NCBI GenBank assembly: GCA_964384035.1
Contig: CAYLIB010000001.1
Span: 135,636-199,635 of the forward strand
DNA: 64,000 bases
Direction: 5' to 3'
Source of the DNA: an uncultured Candidatus Saccharibacteria bacterium
GTDB lineage: Bacteria > Patescibacteriota > Doudnabacteria > UBA920
The notes under the pieces are model-generated. The model did not search any database, was not told where the DNA came from, and worked only from the letters and a program-made list of their open reading frames with translations. Position 1 is the first letter of the stretch. The number at the start of each line of letters is the position of its first letter. The position numbers and the translations under genes were made by a program. Of this stretch, positions 10,201 to 19,359 are shown piece by piece.

Positions 10201-11435
10201 GTACATCTAGCGTTTTCAAGGACAGCGCCTCATTTACCGCTATAGACTATCCATCCACGACAACTAAAGCTATCTCTTCTGTATCTGTCTCGCCTTACAC
10301 GGCATCTAATGGTCAGGAAGGTTATATTAAAGGTTATCCAGTTCAAGTTTCTTGGACAGCATCAGGGATTACGAGTTTCAATGCTCAGCTTTTCATAAAA
10401 TCTACAGACGGTTCTATTACTCCAAACCAGGTTTTTAGGTCCAATATCACCGGTAACTCTATTCCAAACGGTGCCCCAATTCCAACCTCTGTTGGAACCG
10501 GTGCAAAAGCATTCATCCGTATTTGTGAAAATACCGGTAGTTTCCAAGATTGTAACAACGGCACTACTTATAAAGACAGCGATGAATTCACCATCAGCGA
10601 AATTACAAACAAAGCTATAACTGCTGTAATAACCGCCCCTTATACAACATCAAGCGGTACAACCGGCTATATAAAAGGATATCCAATTAGTGTTTCTTGG
10701 GCTTCAACGGGTCTCTCTATATATACAGTAGAGTTAATGCTCAAATTCCCAGATGGGACTGTTGGAACCGCAGGTGGTTTTGTATCTAAAACCACAGCTA
10801 GTTCTGTAACCCTACCTATTCCAACAAACATTGGAAACGGTGCTACCGGGTTTGTAAGAGTTTGTGAATGGACCACTGGTACCTGTACCAACGGATATAG
10901 TGATGTGTATAAAGATAGCAGTACATTCACTATCAATGACCTCAATCAGGGTGGTTATATCACAACTACAACTGGTTACTATCAAGCAGAAACCGGCACC
11001 ACTATCGTTTCCCCGATGCAGTCAGCAGCCGACGGTTCTAATGTAGGTCACGTATTTACTCCTCAGGCCAACTCAGGAAGTGTAATCATTCCATTTAATA
11101 CAACCGGGTCTACACAAACATACATAGTATGGGCTAAGGTAATCGCCCCAGACTCAAGCACAGACTCATTCGTTGTATCTATAGACGGTGGTGGGGAAGA
11201 CATATTCGATACAAACGACCTAAATACAAATGGCACAATTACTTATGTAGCTAAACCAACATGGCAGTGGGTAAGAGTAAACGGTCGAGGAGGCACAGGC
11301 TCTCCAGCAATCATTAGTACCAGGGCTTGGAACCTAGCTCCAGGAGCACACACTATTACTTTTAAAGGGCGTGATGCGAATACTAAACTCGACCAAATAT
11401 TCATTACCACAAACCAAGTCGCTGTCCCGCAATAA
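7245..11435 (+). CDS. Giant secreted or anchored surface protein with two PA14 domains and Ser/Thr/Gly-rich tandem repeats (putative adhesin)
   Basis: N-terminal hydrophobic segment. First PA14 signature: RWVGNIEFKKGLYAFSTRSDDGIRISVN...VVEYYENTGLAVAKV. Second: YQGYFPFDGGEYKFTARTDDGMRVWIE...VKVEYYENVGDAVASLRWD. Three tandem repeats of about 105 aa, each SPYT..GYIKGYP..VSW.....ICE.TTG.C.NG. Confidence 0.7.
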   Translation: MEYHPMFPKQGSINTPARPKPSLGSLLVEIVNEKVHSGLAAASLAFMFLLVGSISLTLPVDPSFSTGYPSSYASIAKAKAIVLGDSTTLPSGTVYPDARTVSPVKCRGGQLQNGQFCVYSFIDFSTGQHFVYPAPETATNQNPYITSTINNDWDKGVIKGTSGRKDNISIRWVGNIEFKKGLYAFSTRSDDGIRISVNSSRINLSATNGTSVQAYADHGPTDFKGYVYIETPGTKEIVVEYYENTGLAVAKVSLNEYLGDPLAKGGSSTSLIPNAKNYAELLGVTHVAGNYRFTNKTFLEEGTDAVAETGARTIGIWMGPDYQKQYHDSNLPAGITSLKALAETSPFKSVFANSNFDTYILTTYTFSNFFNTFDGSWNSPINQSIYNKEVIEMKDLAVYLSQTYPNKKFILKNWEGDWQVQGNFALNGSEAIPSNSRIEAMTNWLRARQEGVVQARTQTGKNNIYHAVEFNSLRKCDSNGQNCLLTRTNLLNNVIGNVDSDLLSYSAYGTTNGGDREKIFSDIQYIKSHPSAKSRNLILSEFVAIGGQDNVQMLKNQAKAFLDAGVVRAIYWEIYDNVCALNSTGTAQLDPNCVSFGLIDRTGARTPQFNTLKDLISSSSQQSYSILGIQRFNQNLTGNQSYINTDEMVVGQYMLLYGTFPSTGAEVWIGGEQVPASNVAAALSTSATTNQINVKIDKQYYAQASPTGFYPVVVKKNGVSSNEKLIRYQSSQTTTLTCPTPQNINGIVTSCYYNDKAPVYAHFQSVDLVETRITDGPTQDGYMFNKDWAKNTPGSKINPDHFSATYQGYFPFDGGEYKFTARTDDGMRVWIEASGVAYTVLDKFTDQGATTYTNTIKLPAGSHLVKVEYYENVGDAVASLRWDKLTPIETTKEINSVTVSPYTTPAGQSGYIKGYPIGVSWTASNITNGYTVELMFNDSGTARGVGILSSRTTSSSGSYSLPTSIGTGGAFFVRVCEYTTGTCSNGTSSVFKDSASFTAIDYPSTTTKAISSVSVSPYTASNGQEGYIKGYPVQVSWTASGITSFNAQLFIKSTDGSITPNQVFRSNITGNSIPNGAPIPTSVGTGAKAFIRICENTGSFQDCNNGTTYKDSDEFTISEITNKAITAVITAPYTTSSGTTGYIKGYPISVSWASTGLSIYTVELMLKFPDGTVGTAGGFVSKTTASSVTLPIPTNIGNGATGFVRVCEWTTGTCTNGYSDVYKDSSTFTINDLNQGGYITTTTGYYQAETGTTIVSPMQSAADGSNVGHVFTPQANSGSVIIPFNTTGSTQTYIVWAKVIAPDSSTDSFVVSIDGGGEDIFDTNDLNTNGTITYVAKPTWQWVRVNGRGGTGSPAIISTRAWNLAPGAHTITFKGRDANTKLDQIFITTNQVAVPQ
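9888..10925 (+). repeat. Three tandem intragenic repeats of about 315 bp (about 105 aa) inside the PA14 giant protein
   Basis: Repeated protein blocks begin at EINSVTVSPYTTPAGQSGYIKGYPIGVSW, AISSVSVSPYTASNGQEGYIKGYPVQVSW and AITAVITAPYTTSSGTTGYIKGYPISVSW. Each ends in a ..VCE(Y/W)TTGTC(S/T)NG..KDS..FT motif. Confidence 0.6.
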
Positions 11436-11439
11436 ATAA

Positions 11440-11468
11440 AAATCCCCTCTAAGAAGGGGATTTTTTTA
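11440..11468 (+). terminator. Rho-independent terminator after the giant PA14 gene
   Basis: Stem atcccct / aggggat followed by T7. Confidence 0.55.
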
Positions 11469-11510
11469 TCTGTAATTCGTCATGTTATAAAAAAAGAACG
11501 AAAATTTCGT

Positions 11511-12569
11511 TCATTTAAATTTTGGCAATAAGAACAATCTCTCGTTCATCCAACCAAGAAGGCCATCTTCTTCTGCTCTGTACCAGCCCTTAGACAAAGT
11601 GCTTATTTTGGACTGCACTCGAAGAGCAAAATTCTGCCACAACCGGTCCTCTGCGGTACTAAAGATACAAGCAAGCATAATCATGGTAAACGCATGTATA
11701 TGATTGAAATATCCATCATGCTGTCCAAATTGAAGTATCCGGTTAAGTGCTGCCAAACGAAAGTCTTCTGGTCTTAGTCCAATTACACCCAGTCCCTCCT
11801 CGGAAAGGAGAGTTAGTTCATCAATCAGCTCAGCTGTGGTCTCGATGTTGTCATCCCATCGCTTAAACTTATCATGGGCGCGATTTCCCAGTATTTCGTG
11901 TAGATAAATCACCGCAGTTACAGGTATGGTCGCACCCACACACCGGCTCTTAAAAGCAGGTATTCCGCCACACTCAGCCCAAGCATTAGCAATTACTTTA
12001 GGTTCAACATTAGCGAAACTTGCCGCATCCATAAAAGCAAGCAAATCGTCATATTTACGAGCTTTTGCTACCTTAGTTCGCAAATGCGAATACAGGCCTT
12101 CTTCGATAAGCGTGGTTGTTATTAGGCGCTTCGGATATTTAATTAGTTCGAAGACATCTCTAACTCGGGACCACTTCCGTATGAAGCTATGAGCACCAAT
12201 AGATTCATCCTTCAACTTTTCCACCAACCTAGCTAACAAATTTGCTCTTGTCTTTTGTGCAAAATCAGGATCAATTTCTCTTTGGACACCAAAAATTATA
12301 TTGTCCGAGTTAGTAACCGATCCATTTTTCTTGATATATTTTCTGACGACCCTAATTAGTTCATCGCTGGTAAGTCCAGGAAACAATTCTAGACCCCTCT
12401 TGACTACAAGATCGGCTTCATCCTGTTGGTCATTTTTAAAACTGTAAAGCTTGGCTCTTTGAAAATATTCCAAGAGCAAATCTACTGGATTATTGTCTGG
12501 CCTTTCATCCTTGAACCAGATATATTCAATAACCCCAAGGCGTTCTTCTAAGCTTTTAAAACTTGCCAT
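11511..12569 (-). CDS. Hypothetical protein
   Basis: 352-aa ORF at background GC. No recognisable motif. Confidence 0.45.
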   Translation of the reverse strand: MASFKSLEERLGVIEYIWFKDERPDNNPVDLLLEYFQRAKLYSFKNDQQDEADLVVKRGLELFPGLTSDELIRVVRKYIKKNGSVTNSDNIIFGVQREIDPDFAQKTRANLLARLVEKLKDESIGAHSFIRKWSRVRDVFELIKYPKRLITTTLIEEGLYSHLRTKVAKARKYDDLLAFMDAASFANVEPKVIANAWAECGGIPAFKSRCVGATIPVTAVIYLHEILGNRAHDKFKRWDDNIETTAELIDELTLLSEEGLGVIGLRPEDFRLAALNRILQFGQHDGYFNHIHAFTMIMLACIFSTAEDRLWQNFALRVQSKISTLSKGWYRAEEDGLLGWMNERLFLLPKFK

Positions 12570-12671
12570 ATTTCACCTCCGTTGTATTTGAGATAACCCT
12601 AATTTTTAGCACACAATTACTTAAAAGTAAATATACCTATTAATCCTAAATAGTTGTACGAAGCAAATAAA

Positions 12672-12700
12672 AAAAGGGGAATATATTTCAATTCCCCTTA
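12672..12700 (-). terminator. Hairpin at the low-GC / high-GC junction; probable terminator of the high-GC minus-strand operon
   Basis: Stem aggggaat / attcccct lies immediately beyond the stop of 12698..13102. An A7 run precedes it on the + strand, giving a T-run on the - strand. Confidence 0.4.
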
Positions 12701-13102
12701 GACCAGGTCGACCAGTAAAGTCCACTGCTCGAGGTCTTCTTCGAAATATAGTTCCCCTTGAGCAGTGCAGGGGAAGGTAAACCACACAACAGACGCCACG
12801 CAGTCGGCGCGTACATCCATTGGCCCTTCCGGTCTTCCGCAGCCGCAAGGACAAGTGAATTTTTTGGCGAAACTTCTCAAGTCTTGCCTGGGAAATATTT
12901 TGAAACCTACATTTCCCTCCTTCTTATATCTCCGCCCATCAATCATTGTCCACCCTCCATCATAAAGAGCGGACAACTCGCCAAGAGCCCCCACCTGGGA
13001 TGTAAATGTCTGCATCCTGACCCCACAACAATCTTCAAAATCGTATCCCGGGGGGCAGTATGTACGGCAGACGTGACATACGCGCCATAAATCATCTTCC
13101 AT
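12698..13102 (-). CDS. Small Cys-rich protein (high GC); last gene of island-1 operon
   Basis: 134 aa with CHVCRTYC, DCCG and CPCGCG clusters. Occupies the same position as the Cys-rich gene 58837..59514 in island 2. Confidence 0.45.
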   Translation of the reverse strand: MEDDLWRVCHVCRTYCPPGYDFEDCCGVRMQTFTSQVGALGELSALYDGGWTMIDGRRYKKEGNVGFKIFPRQDLRSFAKKFTCPCGCGRPEGPMDVRADCVASVVWFTFPCTAQGELYFEEDLEQWTLLVDLV

Positions 13103-13300
13103 AAAATTCCTCCATGTGGGGTTTTTGTTCGGAAAGCCATCTATTTGCTCGCATGAGCTAGAAAAGCTTCTTGTAAAGCACCTACAAAAGGAGAGAGTCT
13201 TTCATAGATACCCTACAAGAAGCTCACGATTGGATGTGCGGTCCAATCGTGAGATAATATTGTGCGAATTATTTTTTTGTTTTGCCCCGCTAGGAGGTTT

Positions 13301-15718
13301 TTATTTTTCAACGTGGCCAGTGCGGCCACAGTTGCTGCAAGTCACCGGCACTTGCGCGCCGGCAACCAAAGCTTTCCACTCTTTCTTCTTCATGGCTTCG
13401 ATTGAGTAGTTGCACGGAATGCAACGCACCCAACCGTCACCAAGCACTAAGAAGTCTTCACTAACCTCAACCACTTCTGGTTTAGGAGTTTCGACTTGTT
13501 CGGTAGTAGGGGAAAGAGTTTCTGCTTCCGTAGTCACCTCACCACGCTGCAGCCGCTCAATTTCAGCTAGGATTGTCGCCGGGTCAACCAACTTTGTTTG
13601 CGGGTTAACCGGCACCACAAGCCTGCCTTGTTTGTCGCGACCAATGGCGAAGTCCTTGTAAGTGCAGTACCAAGACTCGCCGACAACGGGCGGAACGTCC
13701 AGCCAGTTGCAACGCTGCGGGTCGCATGTCACGCGAACCACACCTTCGACTGTAGTGTATTCATCTTGCCTTGGGAGCTTAATGGATACACCACCTTCAA
13801 CGGTGACGGTTCCCGTAAGGCGACCCCTGAATTCTGGCCGTTGGTCTGCTTCGAACTTCACGAGCCAACGACCGTAGCGTTGGCTTTCTGCTTGCATAAG
13901 CTCGAGCTGTTTTTCGAGTCGCCGAATCTGCTGCCGATTTGTGAGTTCAGTTTCATCCGGTTCTTCGAAGAGATCGACAGTTTTGGTTTTCTCGAAATCA
14001 CTTTCCGTTACCACAACCTCGCGGTTGAGGGTAAAGGTGAAGCTGATTTCGTTGCGCCCATACCGCCGTGCCTCCAGCCGAACCAACCAGGTGTTGCCGA
14101 GTTCCGTTTCCATGACGGTCATGGTTTCTTTGTCTTCTGGAAGCTCGAGAAGGGCGTCCATGAGAGCATCGAAACCTTGCTCGTTTGAGTACAGCCAATG
14201 ATTGGAGCCGAAGCGAATGCAGTCCACTTCAAACCAACCATTGTCTTTGTAATCAGGAAGCAAGAACTCAGCCAGTTTATTCTCGAGCTCGCGCCAAGCA
14301 GCAATGCGCGAATCGATACGGTTAATGAAGTCTTGAGTTTCGACTGCTACCACAAGCGCCTGCTTATAGTCACCCTCCGAATCAACGAGCCGGTCAAGCT
14401 CATTCGAAAAGCGCTCAGCTTCCGCTTGTTCAGCTGTCGTAACCTCGGCATATTCGCCTCGGCCACGGCGGATGTCATAAAGATAGCTTTCAAGCTGTTG
14501 CTTACGCTCTTTGGCTTGCGTCTTCTCCGCCTTTTTAGTCTCAACTTCTACTTTCAAGGCTTCGATTCGGCTCGCCAACGCAGCAACCAAAGTTTCGACC
14601 TCGTCGTACTCAGCAGCCGCGAGCTTTTCGCGCGCCACTTTGAGTTCGGCCTCAAGAGCTTCGGTTTCGGTCTTAACCAAGTTGCGATCGTAATAGTCGA
14701 TCGCCGCATACACCTCTTTATAGGAGGTTTCCACAGCGACGACTTTGTCGCGAACCTCAATGAAGCGCCCACCAATTTCGCTTCGAGCCGTTTGTGCTTT
14801 GGCTTTGGCTGTTTCTACGCGGGACATAACGGTTTCAATCGTCAGTCCCTCAACAGTCGTAGCCTCATTCACAATATGCTCGAAGCGCGCCTGCAAACCT
14901 TGGCCGAGTTCAGTCAGCGACCACGAATACCAACTCGAGGGCCGAGTTTTAAACGGCTCCTCGTCGGGAATCGCGATTGCATCCTTGAGCAAACGGCGAA
15001 CGAGAGCTTGTAACGCCGTTTGGGTTTTGGATCTTGCCTCAGCTTCCGACTCCAGACCCAGTTTGAAATATGAGCCTGATGCATCATACTGCTGAAGCGC
15101 TATAAACGCCTCCACCGGCTCGCCGTTTGCATCCGTTGTGACCTCGACTTTCTTGAGGACGGACGACAAACGCTCGAGTGTCTTCTGAAGATCGCTCTGC
15201 CAGTCGGTTGCGTGTTGAGCACGCGCAGCTTCCCAGGCCTTCTCAATGCGCCGCGCTTCAATTTTGGCTCTCAGACCTTCAAGGTCCTTACCTTCAAACG
15301 TTTGACCTTCGTAGGTAACAACCAGTGTAACCTGGCGTCCTGAAGGGAGGGTGGGTATCTTTGTGAGAAACGCGAGTTGTTCAACTGTTGCTGCGGCTTT
15401 GACATAAAATGTGCCATACGAATGACTATATGTCACATTCAGTGTTTGTCCTTCAGCTTGAATCTCATCCGGGTTTTCAAGTCTAATCCGCGCTGCCTTT
15501 ACAGGGTCAGGAGCAGGGAAACTGAGAGCCTCAATATTAGGAATTCCTTCGGCAGACATTGCATCTCCGAGTAGTCCTTTGAGTAGCGTTTCCAACTCTT
15601 CCCGGGTCGGCAGGCGGAACACGTGTTCGCCTGCTCGGATGATAAGCGCTTTGACTTCGTTCATGATCGCCACATTCAGGGCGATAATCTGCATGAGTTT
15701 TTCTTTTTTTGTTGTCAT
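13301..15718 (-). CDS. 805-aa coiled-coil protein with a C-terminal zinc-ribbon EWKAL module (high GC)
   Basis: Long E/A/K/R/L-rich heptad-like stretches. C-terminus GWVRCIPCNYSIEAMKKKEWKALVAGAQVPVTCSNCGRTG matches the C-terminus of 56300..58714 (GWLRCSCGRAEMYWKKAEWKALEPESKHTVTCKGCRGVG). Confidence 0.6.
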   Translation of the reverse strand: MTTKKEKLMQIIALNVAIMNEVKALIIRAGEHVFRLPTREELETLLKGLLGDAMSAEGIPNIEALSFPAPDPVKAARIRLENPDEIQAEGQTLNVTYSHSYGTFYVKAAATVEQLAFLTKIPTLPSGRQVTLVVTYEGQTFEGKDLEGLRAKIEARRIEKAWEAARAQHATDWQSDLQKTLERLSSVLKKVEVTTDANGEPVEAFIALQQYDASGSYFKLGLESEAEARSKTQTALQALVRRLLKDAIAIPDEEPFKTRPSSWYSWSLTELGQGLQARFEHIVNEATTVEGLTIETVMSRVETAKAKAQTARSEIGGRFIEVRDKVVAVETSYKEVYAAIDYYDRNLVKTETEALEAELKVAREKLAAAEYDEVETLVAALASRIEALKVEVETKKAEKTQAKERKQQLESYLYDIRRGRGEYAEVTTAEQAEAERFSNELDRLVDSEGDYKQALVVAVETQDFINRIDSRIAAWRELENKLAEFLLPDYKDNGWFEVDCIRFGSNHWLYSNEQGFDALMDALLELPEDKETMTVMETELGNTWLVRLEARRYGRNEISFTFTLNREVVVTESDFEKTKTVDLFEEPDETELTNRQQIRRLEKQLELMQAESQRYGRWLVKFEADQRPEFRGRLTGTVTVEGGVSIKLPRQDEYTTVEGVVRVTCDPQRCNWLDVPPVVGESWYCTYKDFAIGRDKQGRLVVPVNPQTKLVDPATILAEIERLQRGEVTTEAETLSPTTEQVETPKPEVVEVSEDFLVLGDGWVRCIPCNYSIEAMKKKEWKALVAGAQVPVTCSNCGRTGHVEK

Positions 15719-15737
15719 CTTTTGCCTCCTAAAAAGG

Positions 15738-17807
15738 TTAGAGCTGGACGAGCATTTGCCGCACCAGCCAATTACGAAACTGGTTTGCGGCTTCCGCTTC
15801 GAATTCGATCGGGACCTCGGCGTCCGGTACGAGTTCTGTTGAAGAACTCAGGCGTTCACCAGCGAACCTTTGAGCAAACTCAATTCGTACACCATCAGCA
15901 TCCACAGCGTAAATTGACTGCGGTGTCTTTTGAGCGTACTTATCGAGCAGGTCGGAAGAAACTTCCGTTCCTTCAATGGTCGCACGGCGAATGCCTCGCT
16001 TGTCAGTCCAAAATCTAATCACTCCAAGAACGGCATCGTCTGCATCGGCGACGGAATGTTGAGCAGCCCACACAGCTCCAGCCGTGCTGTTCCGCTGGCT
16101 CTGTACAAAGTCGAAACTTTGCACGCGAGCGAGCAGTTCAACAAACCGGATGTGCAAGTTGGTATCACTTTCAATTTTGGCGAAACCTTCGGGATTAAGC
16201 AGGTCCAGACCAAGCTGGCGATAAATGCTCTTCATGGCGATTGCGACTTCCTTAATCGCTTTGCCAGAAAAACCAAATTCATCGCACCACTCAGCGAACG
16301 CTCCTTTTTCCACATCATTTCCGCGTCGTTTCACGTAGTCTCCATTGAAGGCATACTCCTTTTCATCGCCACGACGAATAAAACCAAACTGGTTCATCGC
16401 ACTAGCAATAATATTGTATGCAGTCAGATGGTCACTACCTTTAACGCGGAAGTTAGAAAGTTTTGCATCCTTGCGCATGAGCGAATACAGAGACTCGATG
16501 CTTGCGCTCACGATAGTGATATCCAGCAGTTGTTCATTACCACTGTCTTCCGCATGCACAAGCATTTCTGCCCACGCAGGGGAGACAGGCAGTCGTTCGA
16601 TGCGTTTACCGTAATGCGTAAGTTCCGGTGAATCTTTCTCGATAACACCACGTTCTCGAAAGCGGGCTACTTCGGCCAGATATTTGCCCTGGTCAATTTT
16701 CGTAATCAGGTCAAGTTCACTGGCTTCGACACCTAGCCTCGCGCAGACTAAGGCCACATGTTGCAAATCGCCCCCTAATTGAAACCGGGGAACTTCGGGT
16801 TTGAGGCTGTGAAAATCAATCGAGCGACTGGAGAGGATGTAAATTTCTCCGTTAACTGCTCGACCGTTCACACGACCACCCATTTGCAGCATGGTGTTGT
16901 TATCGAGATACGTTTTCTCCAGAACCTTCACACCGCTGTGAATATTTTCAGTGAACATCTGGTCCACGATCACAACGGTATCCAGTCCCGCGATGTTCAG
17001 ACTCGAAGCACCCGCGCTCGTCATAAAGATCATAAACGGCTTAGGCACTTCTCCCTTGAGGAATTGACGAAGTTTTTCGGCTTTCTCGCCACCGTGGTAG
17101 TAGTCGGTGTTCAGACCCGGGGTTGATGCGAACTGCTTGGACAAACGTTCAGCCATTTCGCGGGTTGGAACGAATACAGCCACGGCGCGTTTTTCGGCAA
17201 CAAACTTCTGAACGTTGCTGCGAAGAAAATCATCTACTTCTCCGTATTTAGCTTCCGCTTTGGCTTTACGAGTCGGGTCAAACGCCGAACATTCGATCAC
17301 GCTCTGTGCATTCAGATAATTCTTGTACACAGATGCGTCAATCGTAGCGCTCATCCACACCACGGTGTTACCTTCGCGTTTGGCCAGAGCCATGGACAGC
17401 TCCAAGTGTTCGCTCGTCTGGTGAATTTCGTCAATAACGATGAGATCGTTTTTTTTGATGACTCCATTCTTAAACCAGTGAAGCGCCACACCGGGCGTGA
17501 TCACGAGCACGTTGCAACTCCAAGTGTATGGGGTAGCTTCGTTTTCACGAGTCACGACGTCCACTTTGAGTTCGCCTATGATCTGTTTCGCCATTGCGCG
17601 GATGGCAACGGTTTTACCCGTCCCAGTGCCGGCAACAACACCAAACCCACCATTTGCCAAATTTGTCACTGCGGCGGCAATCTCTGTTCCTTTCTCGCGG
17701 ACTAGCAAAGTTCCAGGGATATTGCCGTTCTCCAGCACAACGGAAATATTGAGGCATGTACTCCGGGTAGGAGCAATGATAACAACTCTTCCAAATTCCT
17801 TACTCAT
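15738..17807 (-). CDS. Superfamily-2 DEAH/DExH-box helicase (high GC)
   Basis: Walker A AGTGTGKT; motif II DEIHQTSEH; motif III-like TSAGASS; motif VI QMGGRVNGRA. Start lies 19 bp from the stop of the 805-aa gene, so the two are probably co-transcribed. Confidence 0.7.
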   Translation of the reverse strand: MSKEFGRVVIIAPTRSTCLNISVVLENGNIPGTLLVREKGTEIAAAVTNLANGGFGVVAGTGTGKTVAIRAMAKQIIGELKVDVVTRENEATPYTWSCNVLVITPGVALHWFKNGVIKKNDLIVIDEIHQTSEHLELSMALAKREGNTVVWMSATIDASVYKNYLNAQSVIECSAFDPTRKAKAEAKYGEVDDFLRSNVQKFVAEKRAVAVFVPTREMAERLSKQFASTPGLNTDYYHGGEKAEKLRQFLKGEVPKPFMIFMTSAGASSLNIAGLDTVVIVDQMFTENIHSGVKVLEKTYLDNNTMLQMGGRVNGRAVNGEIYILSSRSIDFHSLKPEVPRFQLGGDLQHVALVCARLGVEASELDLITKIDQGKYLAEVARFRERGVIEKDSPELTHYGKRIERLPVSPAWAEMLVHAEDSGNEQLLDITIVSASIESLYSLMRKDAKLSNFRVKGSDHLTAYNIIASAMNQFGFIRRGDEKEYAFNGDYVKRRGNDVEKGAFAEWCDEFGFSGKAIKEVAIAMKSIYRQLGLDLLNPEGFAKIESDTNLHIRFVELLARVQSFDFVQSQRNSTAGAVWAAQHSVADADDAVLGVIRFWTDKRGIRRATIEGTEVSSDLLDKYAQKTPQSIYAVDADGVRIEFAQRFAGERLSSSTELVPDAEVPIEFEAEAANQFRNWLVRQMLVQL

Positions 17808-18041
17808 TCTTTCTCCTCAAGCTAGGGAACTTCTTCATCCACCCCAACCTGGCCAGCTAAGCTGACTTCCTGTTCCCCCGAGCCCGAGGTAAAGGCGTGC
17901 GAGTAGGATGTCTCGCATAACTTTTAGTTTTTCTGTTTCGGCTCTTTTGAGCCGTCATCAGTCGGAATACACATTCCGAGACAGAGAGGGTTTTTAGTGC
18001 GACCTAGGAAAACCCACAACCTGTTAATTTTCTGCTGAAAG

Positions 18042-18641
18042 CTAAATTCGCTCCCAGTCATACGCCTTTTTACAATCCGTGTTGCGGATTGCAAAAGACC
18101 CCTGCTTTTCGTCACCGGTAATGCGGAAAACAAGATCCCCGTCACCATCCCACCACCAGAAGACCTCCACTTGAACGCTTCCGAGCTGATAAGTGTAGCC
18201 ATGACTTTCACGCACGGCTTCCTCCACCAACTCATTACAAACCAGGTCCAAGTCTGTTATGAAACTTCGACGTTTATCGGCGTTCCAATCAGTGGCGTCT
18301 TTGCGAGGCTCGAAGTTGTCATAACAGCCATAGCCTTCACCAACAAAAGTAATCTGGCGAAGCCATTCCCCAATGAAATTCCAGTTGGGATGAGTGGTCG
18401 CCATGGCGATCACACCCTTCGCGATTTTCTCATTTTCGGTTTCTGGCAAATTGGATACCCTGCTTATTACCCGCTGCCACCACATTCCAAGCTGAAAGAG
18501 AGTCAAGGCGTTGAAGCCCATGGCTAGGAGGATCCAACCCTCCAGCCTGACACCCTTCAGGACAAAAATGAAAGTGGAAACGATCGCCGTGGCGATCGAG
18601 AAATTTCTAACAGCTATTCTGAAGTTCATAACTCTCCTCAA
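18042..18641 (-). CDS. Membrane protein with N-terminal transmembrane helices (high GC)
   Basis: Hydrophobic N-terminus AIATAIVSTFIFVL...WILLAMGFNALTLF. TTG start as given by the track. Conserved upstream leader motif shared with the helicase gene. Confidence 0.4.
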   Translation of the reverse strand: MRRVMNFRIAVRNFSIATAIVSTFIFVLKGVRLEGWILLAMGFNALTLFQLGMWWQRVISRVSNLPETENEKIAKGVIAMATTHPNWNFIGEWLRQITFVGEGYGCYDNFEPRKDATDWNADKRRSFITDLDLVCNELVEEAVRESHGYTYQLGSVQVEVFWWWDGDGDLVFRITGDEKQGSFAIRNTDCKKAYDWERI

Positions 18642-18841
18642 GCTCGGGGCACTACTTTGCCCTTCCCCAAACTTGGCCAGTTTTTTCAGGACCGACTTCT
18701 CGCTTGCTTATGTATTCGCCAGCGAGCATAAAGGCAAAGGCAACCTTGTTTTCCAATCTTGGCAAAGCACCAACGCGTTGTTGATGCCGCCAAGAAAGGA
18801 AAGGTGGTATGCGTTAGTGCGTTGCATACCACCCAGAATTA

Positions 18842-19057
18842 TCACAGGATATAGTCTTCATACGCGGTTTCTTTGCGTTCTTCTTCCAAGCCGCACGTTT
18901 TGCAACGCACGACCACGACAGAAGTCGCAATGTAATCCCACGTATAGTCACCATTATTTATTTTCTCAATCTCACACGAGTGCGAAATTAAAGAAAAGTT
19001 ATGGTCACATTCGTTATTGCAAAATAAGCTCATTTGTTCGTTCATGATATTCTCCAT
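18842..19057 (-). CDS. Small zinc-ribbon-like protein
   Basis: 71 aa with CNNECDH...SHSCE...RCKTCG cysteine pairs. Low confidence because it is short. Confidence 0.3.
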   Translation of the reverse strand: MENIMNEQMSLFCNNECDHNFSLISHSCEIEKINNGDYTWDYIATSVVVVRCKTCGLEEERKETAYEDYIL

Positions 19058-19359
19058 GTTTAAAGTTAAAGTTTTGTGGATGCAATTGATCCCTTTCTTT
19101 AACTCATATACATTTCAAATTCTTGAACGAAACATAGCTCTTTTAATAACGAACAGCTCTATCCAATTTTCAATCCACAAATTTCTTTGCAGACTGAAGA
19201 AAGGAGAGGTTACAAGTTTGAGTGCTAGTCAACTTGTAACCTCTGAATAATTGCGTCCCCAGACTTATCGCTAAGTGTGGGGAAAACTTCCGGATGCCTA
19301 GGATACCGGAAGTGGTATGAAATTGTATGAATGTATCATTTCTACCTAGGATGTTTAAG

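Noticed and set aside
13214-13244. 12-bp stem hairpin ctcacgattgga / tccaatcgtgag between the Cys-rich and 805-aa genes
   Set aside because: It is not followed by a U-tract on either strand and is a single copy, so it is not reported as a feature. It could still be a protein or RNase site.
13410-15095. Multiple long plus-strand ORFs (for example 13598..14188, 14198..15013, 14745..15095) inside the 805-aa gene region
   Set aside because: They lie antisense to a long, well-structured minus-strand CDS in 57% GC DNA, where stop-free antisense frames are expected by chance. They have low-complexity Ser/Arg/Ala composition and no RBS.
15930-17865. Plus-strand ORFs 15930..16631, 16779..17126 and 17497..17865, overlapping the helicase gene
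   Set aside because: They are antisense to a helicase CDS with intact ordered motifs, an artefact of high GC.
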